Sequence record: OM350013.1
DNA length: 24,000 bases
Reading direction: 5' to 3' (one strand)
Source of the DNA: Bacillus phage MrBubbles
The notes under the pieces were generated by a model. That model saw only the letters and a program-made list of their open reading frames with translations. It made no database searches and had not been told where the DNA came from. Numbering within the stretch: the first letter of the stretch is position 1; every line of letters begins with the position of its first letter. Shown piece after piece: positions 23,982-24,000 of this stretch. The position numbers were made by a program, and so were the translations under genes.

Positions 23982-24000
23982 TATAGGGAGGGGTGACCCT

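Overview
The window is a densely packed, almost entirely rightward block of about 55 small ORFs. It has short translationally coupled clusters (ATGA/TAATG overlaps) and no recognisable rRNA, tRNA, transposase or CRISPR array. The gene layout and about 14 near-identical strong sigma-A-type promoters (TTGNNN-17/18-TACAAT, then a conserved GTTAAG element and a GGTGGTAG-type RBS) look like the early/host-takeover accessory region of a large Firmicutes phage. That taxonomic and functional placement is inference. Most products are unknown. The most interesting signals are: (1) a ~1.1 kb ORF-free region (about 21907-22990) with roughly two dozen copies, in both orientations, of a TCTGACAATT element; (2) a dispersed CTAGTAGCTCACTRG element found in terminators, over stop codons, inside genes and as a 31/32-bp-spaced triplet; (3) several promoters whose -35 box lies inside an inverted repeat with arms that differ but stay complementary; (4) an exact 91-bp tandem duplication creating a chimeric mini-ORF; (5) tandem paralogous proteins with a DUF2829/Tad2-like layout; (6) a structured intergenic RNA candidate near 10.17-10.23 kb. 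No database search was possible, so all homology statements are hypotheses.
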